DNA of 64,000 nt, taken from assembly GCF_009914755.1 (NCBI RefSeq), contig NC_060938.1. One strand, written 5' to 3'. A program made the position numbers and the translations under genes. Positions 35,744 to 52,231 of this stretch are shown piece after piece (position 1 is the stretch's first letter; the number at the start of each line of letters is the position of its first letter). The notes under the pieces were generated by a model. The model did not search any database. It saw only the letters and a program-made list of their open reading frames with translations, and was not told the origin of the DNA. The DNA is from the human T2T-CHM13v2.0 reference genome, Homo sapiens.

Positions 35744-36656
35744 TTAGTAGCAAAGAGGAGTCACTTTTTTAAGGAGATAGGAGGCAAAGGGAATTATCTC
35801 CATGGCCACTGTTTGCAATTATTGTTGGTCTGAGCCACTCTCCCTTCAGCCCCTACTCAATAATTCACTCCACTCCAAAGCAGACCCCCACCTCTTCCTG
35901 GCTGAAAAGTGCCACCTCTGGGCAGCCAACATCAGCAACAAGGGTTCTAGAAAAGTGGATGTTTTATAAGAGAATGGTAGTTCATTTAACCAAGTTAAAA
36001 ACAGAGGCATGGTCTAATAAGGACATATTCGTTCCATGGTTCTAACTTCCAGAATAAGGTTTCTGGTCTTCTCTGGCGAGGTGGTGATAATGGCCTGGCA
36101 GGGATACGCTTGGTGGCTGGCAGGGAGAGAGCAGAGAGAGAACCAGTGGGTGCCTGCAATCGCCTTCTACCCAGGAAACAGGGAGGGGACCACTGAACTG
36201 AGTGCTTGAGGGAGCTTGGTGCCAGTCCCAGCTCTGCCCCCTGCCAAGACACAGCCCCAGGATTTCACTCCACCATCTCAAAGGGCCACTCCCTCCCATA
36301 GTGTTGGTACATAACTGTTATCAGCTCTTAGCAGAAGGATTTCCTACCACTTTACATCCCTATGTTGGAATCTCAATGGGAAGCTTCTCTGATCGTCCTA
36401 CAGGCAGTGGCTGGAACAAGAAAAGAAGACTGGGCCAAATGTTAGGAGACCTGGCTCTTAACCTCCAAGCTTATCTAGACATGCAAAGACCTCCGAGGCT
36501 CCTCCAATTCTTAAAATCTCTTCCCTATGAAAATCAGAATTGCCTTTACAGCTTTAAAAAAAAAATTGTAAATTTCTATTTCTTCTGTATGTTGTGCCTT
36601 TATAGGAAAGGAAGGGTGTACTGGAACTCTAAAACACTCTACTGCTACCCCACCAG

Positions 36657-36707
36657 CTGATCGGTATGCAAACAAGGCCAGCGGGAAGCTGAAGCAGATG
36701 AGATCAG
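36657..36707 (+). other. Candidate 51-nt cassette exon
   Basis: ctctactgctacccccaccag| acceptor and CAG|gtaaga donor; open in phase 1 (DRYANKASGKLKQMRS); no protein match recognised. Confidence 0.2.
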
Positions 36708-37449
36708 GTAAGAAAATCACGAAGTGCTCTAAGCCAAAGTGAGGTGTTGAGAGCAAGGTTGTCTATACTGACTCTGATGAAAGCTAACTCAGACTCAAAG
36801 TTTCTCCTTCATAAACTGCAATCATCCTTCCTCCTCTATTTTCCCTGACAAAATCCTCACCTTTCTGCCAACCCACGAAGGGGACCCCCAAGCGACACTG
36901 ACTCTAGAAGATCATAGTTAAGATCACTCTAAGATGACCTTGAAGGACCTTGCTATCTGGGTAGGCTCACAGGTCAGCTGGTGACCAAGCACTTGACCCT
37001 TGAGATTCATGATAGAGATGGCAGAAAGGAAATTGGGAGGTCGTTTTGGGTCAGTAAACCCTGGCTGGGGTGGGGATGATAGGGAGAAGGGATAAACACT
37101 ATAATAAACTCAAGCGACGGGGGCTGGACAAACTGCCCACTCCCTGCTTTTACCAAAGGCAGGTCCTCTCCAATGCTGGTGAATTCTCTGCAAAGCAAAA
37201 ACCCAGTCTGCAACTCATTGTTATAGCCAAACACAAAGCACAGCTCCAGAGCACAAAAACCACCAAGTATGTACAAGTCAGCATTTTGGAAGCAGAAGGA
37301 GCTGCCACGCTCGGGCCCTTGGAGGCTGCTTAGGGGAAGCTCTTTCCCTCTCTCGTGGCATCTCTTGAATCAAAATTCAACTTAGCTCCCAAATCAGAGG
37401 ATACCGATGGTCTCTAACAACTGTTTCTTATTTAGGTTTGATAACCCCA

Positions 37450-39750
37450 GTTCACGCTTTTGTCTACTTTGGGAAGCACTAGGCAAAGTCGTGGCCATGT
37501 GATTGGCTCCCAATGCTGGGCTGGGGCTGGCAACCGCCCTCCGGCCTCCACGCAGCGCCTGTGAAACTCTTCATTCAGCAGAACTGGGGACCAGATGCCT
37601 CTATGCCCCACCGATAAACTCCTCGCTCTGAAGTTAGGCTAAGCAGAAGAATCAGGTCTTTGATTTTTGCACAAGGTCTCACGGAAGCAAATTCCATCGC
37701 TGACATCGTAAGTGACTTGTTTTCAGCTGTTCCTGACACCTCTGATGGCTCCCAAGTTTATTTTCCAGAGACACCCATCTTAGGCAATTCTGGGAGCCCC
37801 AGGGGGAAAATGTTAGAAATATCAAAACAGCCACGTGCTCTAGCATTTAGCACATTGTAGAACAATATAAATTTAGTGCATTTAGACCACTTTATATTAA
37901 CTAATTTAGAAAACGTTGCTTTCGCAGACTTCGCCGGGTGCCTTTCACTGCCAAACTAAATACTCCACTTTAAAATACGCCCCTGCGTACTCATGTGATT
38001 TCTCCTTTTAGGCTAGGAATGTAATGTTGACATAAATGTCAAATAAAATTAATGAGAGAATGGGCCCTCAAATGGTGCTCCTGTGAAGGGAATTTGTTAG
38101 ACTGGGACCTTTGAGCCCAAATGTATATATAATTATATAACACTCAGACAAGGAAGGAATCTGAATGTTAAGCTTTAGCAAATGTATCACCTTTGTCAGA
38201 AATGCTGTTACCTACAAAAAAAAAAAACCCAAAACAAAACAAAACAGGTTGCAAGTAAATTAAGATGAAAATACCATCAGATTAGAAGTCTGTCACGGCA
38301 AGCTACTGCAGAATTAGAAGGGTGGCCCATCTGCTGGGTATCCAATCCTTCCCTTATCTGTATAGAATTCGGATCAGATGTCTTCTGTTCCCCGAACACT
38401 TCCGCTGTTGACTTTGCAAATGGACCTCCTCCCGCCCAACCCAGCTCCTTCCCTCCCTCCTCCGTCTCTCCCAACTGGCCACTTAGGAAGAGTAAAAATG
38501 GCAATTAGAACAGGAGCAGCTATTTTCACTCAGTAGTCAAAGAATTGGATACTAGCACAGTGGCTGCCTCCATCCGTATGCTGATACATAACTACTTTGT
38601 CTTGTATTTGTAGTCTCAAAAATCTTCCCTAAGTATAGTAGAATCAGAGAAAATCGCTCTAATCATTGAAAAGCGCCCTGTGCTGAGTAAAGCAGCCAGT
38701 CTTCTCTTGTCACAGTAAAAGGCTGGGAGTAAAATTTCCCATAAACACAGGGGAAACCTACATTTACTCACATGCCAAGGAAAATGGCACGGAAGACCCA
38801 CGTGTAGCCACAGCAGAGTCTATGCAGAGGGCCTGCAAATGCCTGGGGTGCGAGTGAATGCCTGGAGGGGCGGAGTTTCCAAGATAACAGCTATTGTGTT
38901 TTCTTTTTCACACTTCAGAAGAGAATCCTAAGGACTAGACTCCGCTCAGTGCATTCCTTTTTCATACACTGATCTCAAGTACAATCACATAATTTTGAAA
39001 ATCCATGTAGTCCTCCCTAAATAAAATTATAAGGATAGGTTTCTATTTCCTTCCGATTACCTAGATACCTCCGTCTTCTGGAAAACCCCAAAAAGACCAG
39101 TAGACGAATCAGGAAGGTCCTAGGAGTGATTCCTCCAATGGCAGGAATCATAAAGGAATAAAAAACCTGCAAATTCATGGCAAATGATGTCAGGATGAAA
39201 TGATGCCACACATCTTTACAAAGTTCACAAAATCCATATATTCCCGGGGCAATCACGGGGAATTTCTAATTAAATTTCAGGGAGGGAAAGAGAAAACGGT
39301 TAACCACCAGCTTCAAACACCTCACACTCCTTCTGTTCTCTAGGAAGTCATTCTTACCCTGGATAATGTGGAGTGCCTGCTTCGGACCCGGGGAAAATTC
39401 TCCATTTTCTCCTTTTTCTTCAGGCTATCAGTTCATCATGAACAAATATGGAAATTTTCCTGAGGAGGAAATTCAACTACCAAAATAACTCCTTCATAAT
39501 TCACACGTGCAATCACAACGGTGATTAATAAAAACCTGAAACAGCTCCTAAAAGCCTAAAGCATTAATTACTCTGTTAGATGTCAGGACTCTATGAAAAC
39601 CTATGACAGCAGGTTACTCAGGCAAATTAAATCATGTGAACTTCCAGTGGAAAAAGAGAAATCTTCCCTTGGTGGATTTGCAACCTAGCAAATGCATGCT
39701 TTCGAAGAGAGGTGACCAACCCACAGCTCTTCAGGGCTCTATATTTCAAC
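37450..39750. promoter_or_regulatory. Putative enhancer/promoter-like unique block
   Basis: About 2.3 kb with no recognised repeat; CACGTG at 37832 and 38799, MARE-like TGCTGAGTAAAGCA at 38681, GC box at 38867, several NF-kB-like sites. Confidence 0.45.
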
Positions 39751-40522
39751 CTTGAAAGACATATGAAAGGGAAAAAATGCCATGGCAATTTGAATTTATG
39801 CTGGGATGAAAGGTAATATAATATCCTTTGAAAGACCTAAAATGGATGAATGATACTTTTCCATTAAAGAAGAAACTAACTCTCTTTGAATGTCTACAGT
39901 GTGTCCAGCCCTGTGGTTTTGCAACACCAGATGCCCACTTCTCTTTCAGCAACTTCAATGAGAGTTCCTTCTCAGTGATTTTTGCTAGCTAATCTTTTTT
40001 CATCTGATCTTGACATTTTAGTGCTCAGGACTCTGTCCAGGCACTTCTGTCTCTTCTACCCCCTCTCTCTGGATGATCTTACCCAACCTTCTAGCTACAG
40101 ACACCGCGTACATGCTGATAACTCAAATTCCATGACTCTCCCCCTGAGCTCCAGATGGGTACAGCCAGCAGCACTCCCTGACACGTGCAACAGGCATCTC
40201 AAACTTAGGCTGACCGACACAGAACTCTTGTTCTCCACTTCCCCACCCCAAATGTGTTCACTCCAAGTCTTTCCAATCTCAAGAAATGATACCACCTTCC
40301 AAAATTCTAAAATAATCCTCCATTCCTCCCTTTCTCTCACCCTCCCCTTCTAATCCGTCAGCAAGCCCTGTTGCCTCTGCTTCCAAACACAATCCTGAAC
40401 TGCTCTTTTTTTGCCGTTCCACTTCCTCACTCTAACCAAAGCCCCCTTCTTCTCTCCTAGACACTGTCACTCCTCTTAACTGGTCTCTCTAATTCCATCC
40501 TCCACACAGTAGCCAGAATGAT

Positions 40523-41165
<643 letters not shown>

Positions 41166-42559
41166 TGACTTCTTCACATAAAATCCTCTAGTAGTTTCCC
41201 AATATACGAGCAATAAAATCCACATTTCTCTTGCCCATAAGCCCTGAGGTGATGGGATCCTGCCATTTCATCTCCCAGCCATTCCACAACTCACCAACCT
41301 CCAGCCACACAGGTCCTTCTTCCTGTTCCTCAGACATGCAAGCTACTCCCACCTCAGGACCTTGGCATGTACAAGGCTAGCCCCTTCCATGCAGAGAACC
41401 CATATCTGGCCACCCTTACCAAATGGTTCAACTACCATTCTTTGTCATTTTTTTTACCCTGCATGATTATCTCACACCCCATAGTATCTTGTATATTTAC
41501 TTGTTTAGCTGTTTGTTATTTCCTTGTGTCTTCAATTGAATCATAGAAGGAACCCCGACTCTCTCACTGCTACAGAGTACATACCCAATAACACTTAATA
41601 AATACATAAAGGAATAAATATGTATCTCTACAATTTTCTCTAACTTTATGAGATAGATTATTCCTATTCTGAAAAGAAAAAAAATGAGGTTCCCAGGGTT
41701 CAGTGCAAAGTTATATAGAGGTAACTGAAGGCAAAGCCAGAATTTGAACCTGAATCCATTTGACTCCATAACCCATATTTCTAAACACCAGATTGGTATT
41801 TCTAGCAGAGTCTAGGAAATCAGTCAAGAGCAGTAATTTTCCTCCTAAGAGTCTCCAGAAATAAGTTGCCCAGGAACTTGTATTCGGCTCTTCCACCACA
41901 ATTACCTCATCTCTAAAATGGATGAACAAAATGAGTTTCTTACAGACATGTTAGGAGGAATAATTTCCTTCCAGATTACAAGGTGTTCTGTAAACTCTCA
42001 GAGGATGGTTTTCCAGGTACCATGCTGAGTAGTTTTAGCCAAAACCTGTTCTGTGCTCGAAGGAAACCACCACCAAGGGCTGTCAGTCAAGCTGGGTAAT
42101 TGTATAAATACAGTCAAGAGTTAAGGACCACATAACAGTGCCATATATGGACTCCACTTTCTCAAAACCCTTTAAGGGGATACAGTCTCATCCTACTGGA
42201 AAATGTTAGGCAAAGGATGGAAATAGTTCATTTCTAGATGGTCCCCCACCTCTGCCCAACCTCCATCTGTGTAATTCTTTGTACTAACACCTGATCCCCC
42301 TCCAGAATTGAGGCAGCTCTCCCTCAAATATGTGTTCCCTAAGGATCTTGACCTGGTTTTATTTCTAGTGGGAATACATTTGCTCCATAATTGATGCAAG
42401 TTGAGGGCAAGGGACATGACATTACTTTATTTCTTCTAAATCAAATTAAATCTGGATCCCAAGGCCTCACTTAATGGAAATTTAATTTCAATTATGTTTT
42501 TAGGGACCTATTCCCCTTCTGGGGTCAGAGGGACATCTTGGGGGCTTACATGGTACCTA

Positions 42560-43172
<613 letters not shown>

Positions 43173-44155
43173 GAGAAAGATAGAATAGGAAAAAAGCACG
43201 TGGTTTAAAGTTCCCTGGGTCACTTGTATGATACGTGTCATCCGACTATTCCCCGGTACCTGCTCTTTTCCCTCAAAACCAAGTGGGACCACAGGAGTGC
43301 TTGACTGTGGCTCCCAGGGCCATGGTGTTTGATGTTAAGTCCTTCCAGCATCCACATGCTAAGCTATCCCAGAGTTTGGCACATTCTCTTATACCACAGG
43401 ACAGTGGACATGGGTCTCTTCTACTTCAGGGATTCCCTCTCCTAGAGTCAGAGAAGCCTAGCAGCCCCGCACAATCCCCCATCATTCACACTGAGCCATT
43501 TTTGTATTCTCAATTCCTAGCATCTGCCTTCCTCACATCCTTGACTTTTATCCAGTTTCCTAAAAAAGTCTGAGTTGGGGTTGACTTCTAGGTATCTGGA
43601 AACCCAACATTTAGCCCCAGGACAAAAAGTTGTAACAACTCTCCGAGGCAAGGGAGACCAGATTCAGAGTACAAACATTTCACTGTTTTATTGGGAAGGA
43701 AGGAAGAAAATTTTTTCAGGTCTTCTGCAGCAGTGAGAATAAACACACTAATGTGTCCACCAAGTGTCATGCCACATGTTCCCCACGTTCTCCTCTAATA
43801 ATCTTACTAAATCTTCTGGCTCCAACAGTCCCCCGTCTGTGGGAAGCATGTAAATCATTATGTCCATCCTTGTTCTCTTCCCAAGTATGTCTTGGTATTT
43901 TCAGCTGCCCGCTCCTCATCTCTACCAGGTAACACATCAGACACCCCAAACTCATGTCCAAAATGAAACTCATCACTTACTTCCCAGTCCCTTCTCCAAG
44001 GTTCTCTATTTATATTAATAGCCATGCATAGTGTTCAGCACATAATCAGCACGCAATAAATATTTTTTAAATTAGTGTTTGAATAGAGGAATAGCCAACT
44101 GAAGAATATAAATACCTTAGCCTAAGCGTGAAGAGCCTAGGTGAGTTGACTTTAA

Positions 44156-44308
<153 letters not shown>

Positions 44309-45234
44309 TAAAACAGCTTTATTGGGATATTATTCACACATTTAAAGAATGCAATTTGATAGGTTTTAACATATATATACACCTGTGAAACCATCACCAT
44401 GATCATCATCTCCAAAAGTTCCCTCTTGCTCCTTTTAATCCTTCTCCCAGCCATCTCCCCTGCCATCTCAAATCACTTATATGCTTTCTGTCCTTATAGA
44501 TGAGTCTGCATTTTCTATAACTGTATACATATGTAATCATACAATATATATGCTCTTTTCTGGTAGGGTTTCTTTTACTTAATACAATTATTTTGAGATT
44601 CTTCCATAATGTCATGTGTATCAATAGTTTATTTTTATTGCTGAATAGTGTTCCATTGTATAGATATACCACCATTTGATTTCTCATTGGCCTGTTGATG
44701 GCATTTCCAGTTTGGTGTTATTGTAAATAAAGCTGCTATGAAGATTACATACAAGTCTTTGTGTGAATGTACGCTTTCATTTCTCTTAGACTGGCATTCT
44801 CTTAGACTCATTGACTGTAATGAGTAGATCATATGGTAGATATACGTTTACCTTTTTAAGAAATTGCTTAACTGTTTTCAAAGTGATTGCTATGGCTTGA
44901 ATGTTTTTGCCCCTCAAAATTCATTTATTAGAAACTCATCCCCAATGCAGCATTGTTGAGAGGTGAGGCATCTGGGCAGGTGCTCAGTTCATGAGGTCTC
45001 TGCCCTCATAGATGGATTAATGCCGCTATAGAGGGGCTTTCAGGAGTAGGTTCTCTCTCTCCTGCTCTTTTGCCGTACAAGGACACAGCATTCATCCCAT
45101 TTTGCGCTTCCGCCTTCTGCCATGGAAGGATGCTGCAAGAAGGCCCTCACCAGACCCAATGCTGGCATTTTGATCTTAAGACTTTCCAGCCGCCAGAACT
45201 GTGAATTTGTGTGTTCTCTCTCTCTCTCTTCCTG

Positions 45235-45832
<598 letters not shown>

Positions 45833-45861
45833 CTAACACTAGGTAATTTATAAAGAACAGA

Positions 45862-46688
<827 letters not shown>

Positions 46689-47169
46689 AAGTGTCTCTTT
46701 TCAAATTGTCCATTTTTTATTGGCCAATCTCACTTTTCAACCTTATTTTTTCCAGTATTCCTCTTTGTGTACCATTCAGTCTAATCAAACGCAATGTATA
46801 AGCCCCTAGACCCACACACCTCACACTTTCCTCTATAATTTTGCTGATGCTGTTTCCTTCGCTTTAAATAACTTAATGCCTTCTTCACCTATATTTTTGC
46901 CAATTCGAATTCTATTGATCCTTCAAGTCCCAGAAGAGATGCTACATTCATTCTCAATCCTTTCCTGAGCCCAGTTTGAGAGTAATGGTTTCCTCATCCA
47001 AGCTGCCAGAAATGTCTTTTTCTTCTGCCATTTCTAACTTTCTACCTTGATTTCTACTTATTTGTTGTTGTTTTTAATAAGAAAAGTAAATGTGTTTAAG
47101 TCATGTCTGCTTTATCATATGTATGCTAGAGAAATTCATTCCCCCCAGATCTTTGAGGTTTACTTTACC

Positions 47170-47690
47170 CAAATTCATTCATTAAACAAATATTCCCTGA
47201 GCATCTACTATGGGCCAGGCATTACTGGAGGCCCTTGGGATACATCCATGAGCAAAACAGAGACTAAAAAAGCTCCCTGCCCTGGCAGAGTTGACATTCT
47301 AGCAGAAGGAGATGGATAATAATAAAGAAATAATAGGCCGGTCTGAGTACAGTGGTATTTACAACTAACTGATCACAAAAACTAATAGATTTATTTGTTC
47401 CTTCTCCACTCCCACTGCTTCACTTGACTAGAAAAAAAAAAAAAAAAGAAAGGAAGGAAGAAAGAAAGAAAGAAAAATAATAGACACAACAAATAGTAAA
47501 TTACATAGTATGCTGAAAGATGAAGAGCGTTTGGCAAAAAGAAAAGGTAGGGCAGGATGAAGGAGATTAGGGATGCTAGAGATTGCAGGGTTGGGGCAGG
47601 TGACAATTTAAATAGGGTAGTCAGGGTAGGTTTACATGGGAAGTAACATTCAAGCGAAAGCTTGAGTGAGATGGGATCGTAGCCCATCTC
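47170..47690 (-). mobile_element. L2 3' fragment hosting the Y RNA copy
   Basis: ATTCATTCATTAAACAAATATT..GAGCATCTACTATGGGCCAGGCA..TTTAAATAGGGTAGTCAGGG. Confidence 0.8.
47336..47431 (+). pseudogene. Y3 RNA (RNY3-derived) retropseudogene
   Basis: GGCCGGTCTGAGTACAGTGGTATTTACAACTAA..TTGTTCCTTCTCCACTCCCACTGCTTCACTTGACTAG matches recalled hY3; poly(A)/GAAA tail; TSD-like AAATAATA. Confidence 0.92.
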
Positions 47691-48629
47691 ACTACGTATG
47701 TATGTGAAGTAGTATGTGGGGCTACTTCCTCACATAATCTTCCTATATTCTATAGACTACAGGTCTTGAGGTGGAATCTCTATCCGATTCAGCTTGGTAT
47801 CTTCCCTCTCAAATTACCCAGCACCAATGCCTGGCCTGGCATACCGGATCAAAAGTATTTGCTGAATGAATGATAGAATAAATGAATGCATGGACAGGCT
47901 TCAAATCTGCTGGGAAAATATCCAAAAATGTGAAATAAAATGAAAGCAGGATGTAAGAAAAGAGAAGAGAAAGGTTAATACAAGAGACAAGATGCCAAAA
48001 GCTGAGGCTAAAAAGGAAAAATAAAGAAAAAGCTACAAAAGCACTTCTCACAGTAGAAACCTTGTCAGGGACTCTGTGGAGGTTTTAGGTTCCTGATCAC
48101 AAAACCAGCATCAGAAGCTGATGCGGTCTCCTGTGCTTACCACAGATTAGTGTGAGGTTCGTGAAGATGTCATACTGTCTCCAGAAATAAGCTATTCAAC
48201 TGCTCAATTCCAACTACTATCCCTGATCATGACTCAAAAAGTGTATGTTATCTGAAGTAGATTGATGAAAAGGTACGCTGTTTTTTTGTTTGCTTATGCC
48301 TCTATCTTAGAAAATATTTAAGATGGCTTACCCCAGTGCAGGGGATGCGGGCAGGTAGATTTAAACTAAACAGGCTCGCCAAATGCTCTCCCTGACAAAC
48401 CTCAGATTCTGGTATTCCCTCCCACCATTTCACTAGTGTGCCTCTACTACTGGTGATGTGTACCCATCAGGATTCATTTGCTGAAAGACCCAGATTTGAT
48501 TGTAAGCTTTTCCTATCAATGCAAAAAGGGAAACATTTCCAATCACATGACTCAGTATCCATAATATAAAAGCAAATCAACTGTTGTCCTTGAAGGTCTC
48601 TATGAAGAGCTCACTGTATGTACTAGGCA

Positions 48630-49048
48630 GTGTACTTAAGAGAAACAGAACCAGCAGATGTACAGACATTTATAGAGATCTCTTTTAAAGAACTGGCTTG
48701 CACAATTACAGGGGCTGGTGACTCCAAAGGGTACATTGGCAGGCTGGAGACCCAGGGAAGAGCTGATGTTGCAGTTCAAGTCCAGAGGCCGTGTGAAGGC
48801 AAAATTTCCTTTTTCTTGTGAAGGCAAAATTTCCTCTTTTTCGGGGGAACCCCGGTCTTTTTCTCTTGGGGTCTTCGACTGATTAGGTGAGGCCCACCCA
48901 CATTATGGGGGGTAATCCGCTTTATTCAACGACTGCCAATTTAAATGTTAATCTCTTCTAGAAAATCCCTTCACAGCAACATCTAGACTGGTGTTTGACC
49001 AAATACCTGGGTATTGTGGCCTAGCCAAGTTAATACATAAAATTACAC
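48630..49048 (-). mobile_element. MLT2B-like ERVL LTR
   Basis: AGAGAAACAGAACCA..GGCAGGCTGGAGACCCAGGGAAGAGCTG..GAGGCCCACCCACATTATGG..CCTAGCCAAGTT. Confidence 0.85.
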
Positions 49049-49057
49049 TGTCTAAAG

Positions 49058-49238
49058 CAGGATTTGCAAATTCAAATGCCCACAGGAGCCAGGCAGACAA
49101 AGAAACTGAGCGAAGCCAGTGTCAGATGATAGAGAACGATAAGGACTGGGGTCATCTAGAGGGTGTATGCCTCATGTAAAGGCAACGAAATTGAAAAAAA
49201 ATTTAAACCACTGTGTGGGAGAAGCAACATTTATCTCC
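49058..49238 (+). mobile_element. MER102-like hAT fragment
   Basis: CAGGATTTGCAAATTCAAATGCCCACAGGAGCCAGGCAG. Confidence 0.6.
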
Positions 49239-49260
49239 GGGGAAAAAAGCTCAGGCATCA

Positions 49261-49572
<312 letters not shown>

Positions 49573-49637
49573 TCATAATTTTGGGTAAATTAACAGATAG
49601 AGCAATGGGCATATGGGGGCTTTTTTGTTTTAGCATC

Positions 49638-50053
49638 TGATATAGTTTGGATCTGTGTCCCCTCTAAATCTCATGTCAAATTGTAATCCCCAGTGTTGGA
49701 GATGGAGCCTGGTGGGAGGTGACTGGATCATGGGGATGGATTTCTCATGAAAGGTTTAGCACCATCCTCTTGGTGCAATCTTCACAATAGTGACTTCTCG
49801 CAAGACCTGGTCATTTGTAAGTGTGTGGCACCTCCTCCCTCTCTCTCTTGCTCCTGCTCAGGCCATGTGACATGCCTGCTCCCCCTTTGCCTTCTGCCAT
49901 GACTGTACATTTCCTGAAGCCTCCCCAGAAACCAAGCAGACGCCAGCATCATGCTTCCTGTACAGCCTACAGAACCGTGAGCCAATTAAACTTCTTTTCT
50001 TATAAATTACCCGGTCTCAGGTATTTATAGCAATGCAAGAATCACCTAATATA
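49638..50053 (+). mobile_element. MSTA MaLR solo LTR
   Basis: TGATATAGTTTGGATCTGTGTCCCC...GCAAGAATCACCTAATATA. Confidence 0.92.
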
Positions 50054-52231
50054 GGACAAAAAAAGCCCAGGAATCGTGACTTGGGTAAAGTAAAAATTCA
50101 GCAATGGGTGTTTGTCAGCTTTTCTGTTTCAGCATCCAGCAACTTAACAACCATCAACACCGCCCGATAGCACCAAGATAAAGGACAATTCAGGGAGTGC
50201 TCTAGGCTAACATCATGTTACGTAGAGAGCTCACTAATGGCCAGGTTAAATTCAGGAACAGGTCAGACAACCAGCAATCCTCCACAGATATCACCATGCC
50301 CAACCAAATACTGGAAAGGTGTTGGGTAGCAGTATATTTGTGGTTAAACTCCTGGTCAGTACCTGGATGGTAGCTCTCCTATATAGCTAGTTAAGTATGA
50401 AGATATGTGATTTAAGACATAGCAGGGGTAGGGCTGCTGTCTTCATGAAGAAGGATTTGGCAAAGATGGAAACCCAAGGCGTTAGATACCCAGGGGCAAA
50501 GCCAACGCTCCTCTGAAAAACAATGATTTTGGGACACTTTAATACCCAGACAACTGGGCCATCTAGTTCCCATGACTGAAATACTTCTAGCCTGGAATTT
50601 TGTGAAACCTAATCAAACACACATCTTTTAAAGGGTGTACAATGTCTAGCTTCTCACCATGCAACTTCTTAGTGTGCCCTCAAAGATTAACTAGTTGCAA
50701 AACATATGCCACAAATCTAGTGACTTGCTGTATGGTATTATTAACTATAAACCAAGTCAAGGTCGGGAAACATCTACCAAAAAAAAATTAAATATTTTAA
50801 CTGCAGTCATTTTTTTTTCTGATAATAATTAACCAGCACAGCTGTTTACCATGTGCACTCCCAGATCATGAGACCAAAACACTCTTGCCCTTGTATGAGA
50901 TGATGTGTTTTCCTAATATCTAGAAAAGACACACCCTTCTCTCCAGACCACTACCCAGACTTACAAAAGCATTTCAGATTTACCTACAGGTGTGAGTCAC
51001 TTAAAAACACAATAAACTTGTCAGAACCTTTAATAACTTCCACAAAATCAAATCATTGATAAAAGTCAAATCAGTCTCATTTTGAAAAATCTCAAGATGG
51101 CAGAAGGCACCACCAGTTCCTTGAGCCTGGTCGTGGTAGTCCTCACAATTTGAGAATCCCACAGCCCATGCCAGGCCTCAGAAACATTTCCTATTCCCTG
51201 CTTCGACTGCATAAGGGGAAGAAGAAGAAAAAGCACACCCAGCCGAGGTCTATAGGCGAACAGTTGCGGCCGCACCATGCAGCATGAATCTGAAATGCTG
51301 TGAAGGCAGCCCAGGACTGGAAGTTGGATGCTTTCTACCCTGAAACCACCTAGCAACAGTCAAGATGCAGCTTCTTAAAATCAGCCATGAGAATGAATTG
51401 GGGGCGGGGGGGCGGGGGGTGCCTATTCCTAGTGATTTTTATTTTCCATAATAAGCAAATTCTGAGAAGGGCTGTGTGGTTGTATTCACATCACAAAGCT
51501 CCAAAGGCTATTTTAAGAGCACCCTGTTTCTGCTTAGGAGAGGAAGAGAAACTCAGCCCCTTCAGGCACCTCAGAGCTGTCCCAACTTCCCCTCCTGACT
51601 CCTCCTTTCTGAACAGTTTGGAAACAAGGCAGCTTGGCCAAAGAGGGCAGCAGTGCTTGGCACAGGGGAGGGACTGATGCCGGGCAGGCCCCAGGTTTCC
51701 TGGGCATCTAAGCAGCCGAAAGGAGAAGGAACCTACTAAGAGTTGGATATGGCACCAAGTCGATGTTACCATTTGAATCTACCCACCTGCCAATGACACA
51801 CAATAGAGAACATTTTTTTTTTAAGCTCAAAAATGGAAAAAGGGCAGAGTATTTCAATGATTATGGAGATGGGCAAACCAATCAATGAATGATTCTTAAG
51901 CCTTCATGTTTGCCCTGTAAGCAAACTGAAGACGTGCAAGTCATCCTTTTGGCCCTGGGAGAGTTAACGTTAACCCACAGGGACAATGAGAAAGGGAGAG
52001 GAGACCCAGCAGATGAGAAAGATGGAGTAATTTCTGGAAGACTGAGGGTATATGGAAGAGTGACAGATGAACTCAGGCAGAAGGAGGAAAGCTGACACTC
52101 AAAAATTCCGGCAGAGGGGAGAACGGAGCAGAATCAAATGCATTCACCCCACTGAATCCTAAGAAGGCTCAGGAATCAGAGGCATCAGATACGGAGAAAG
52201 TGGGGATGACGTGTGGGAATTTAGTTAGACT

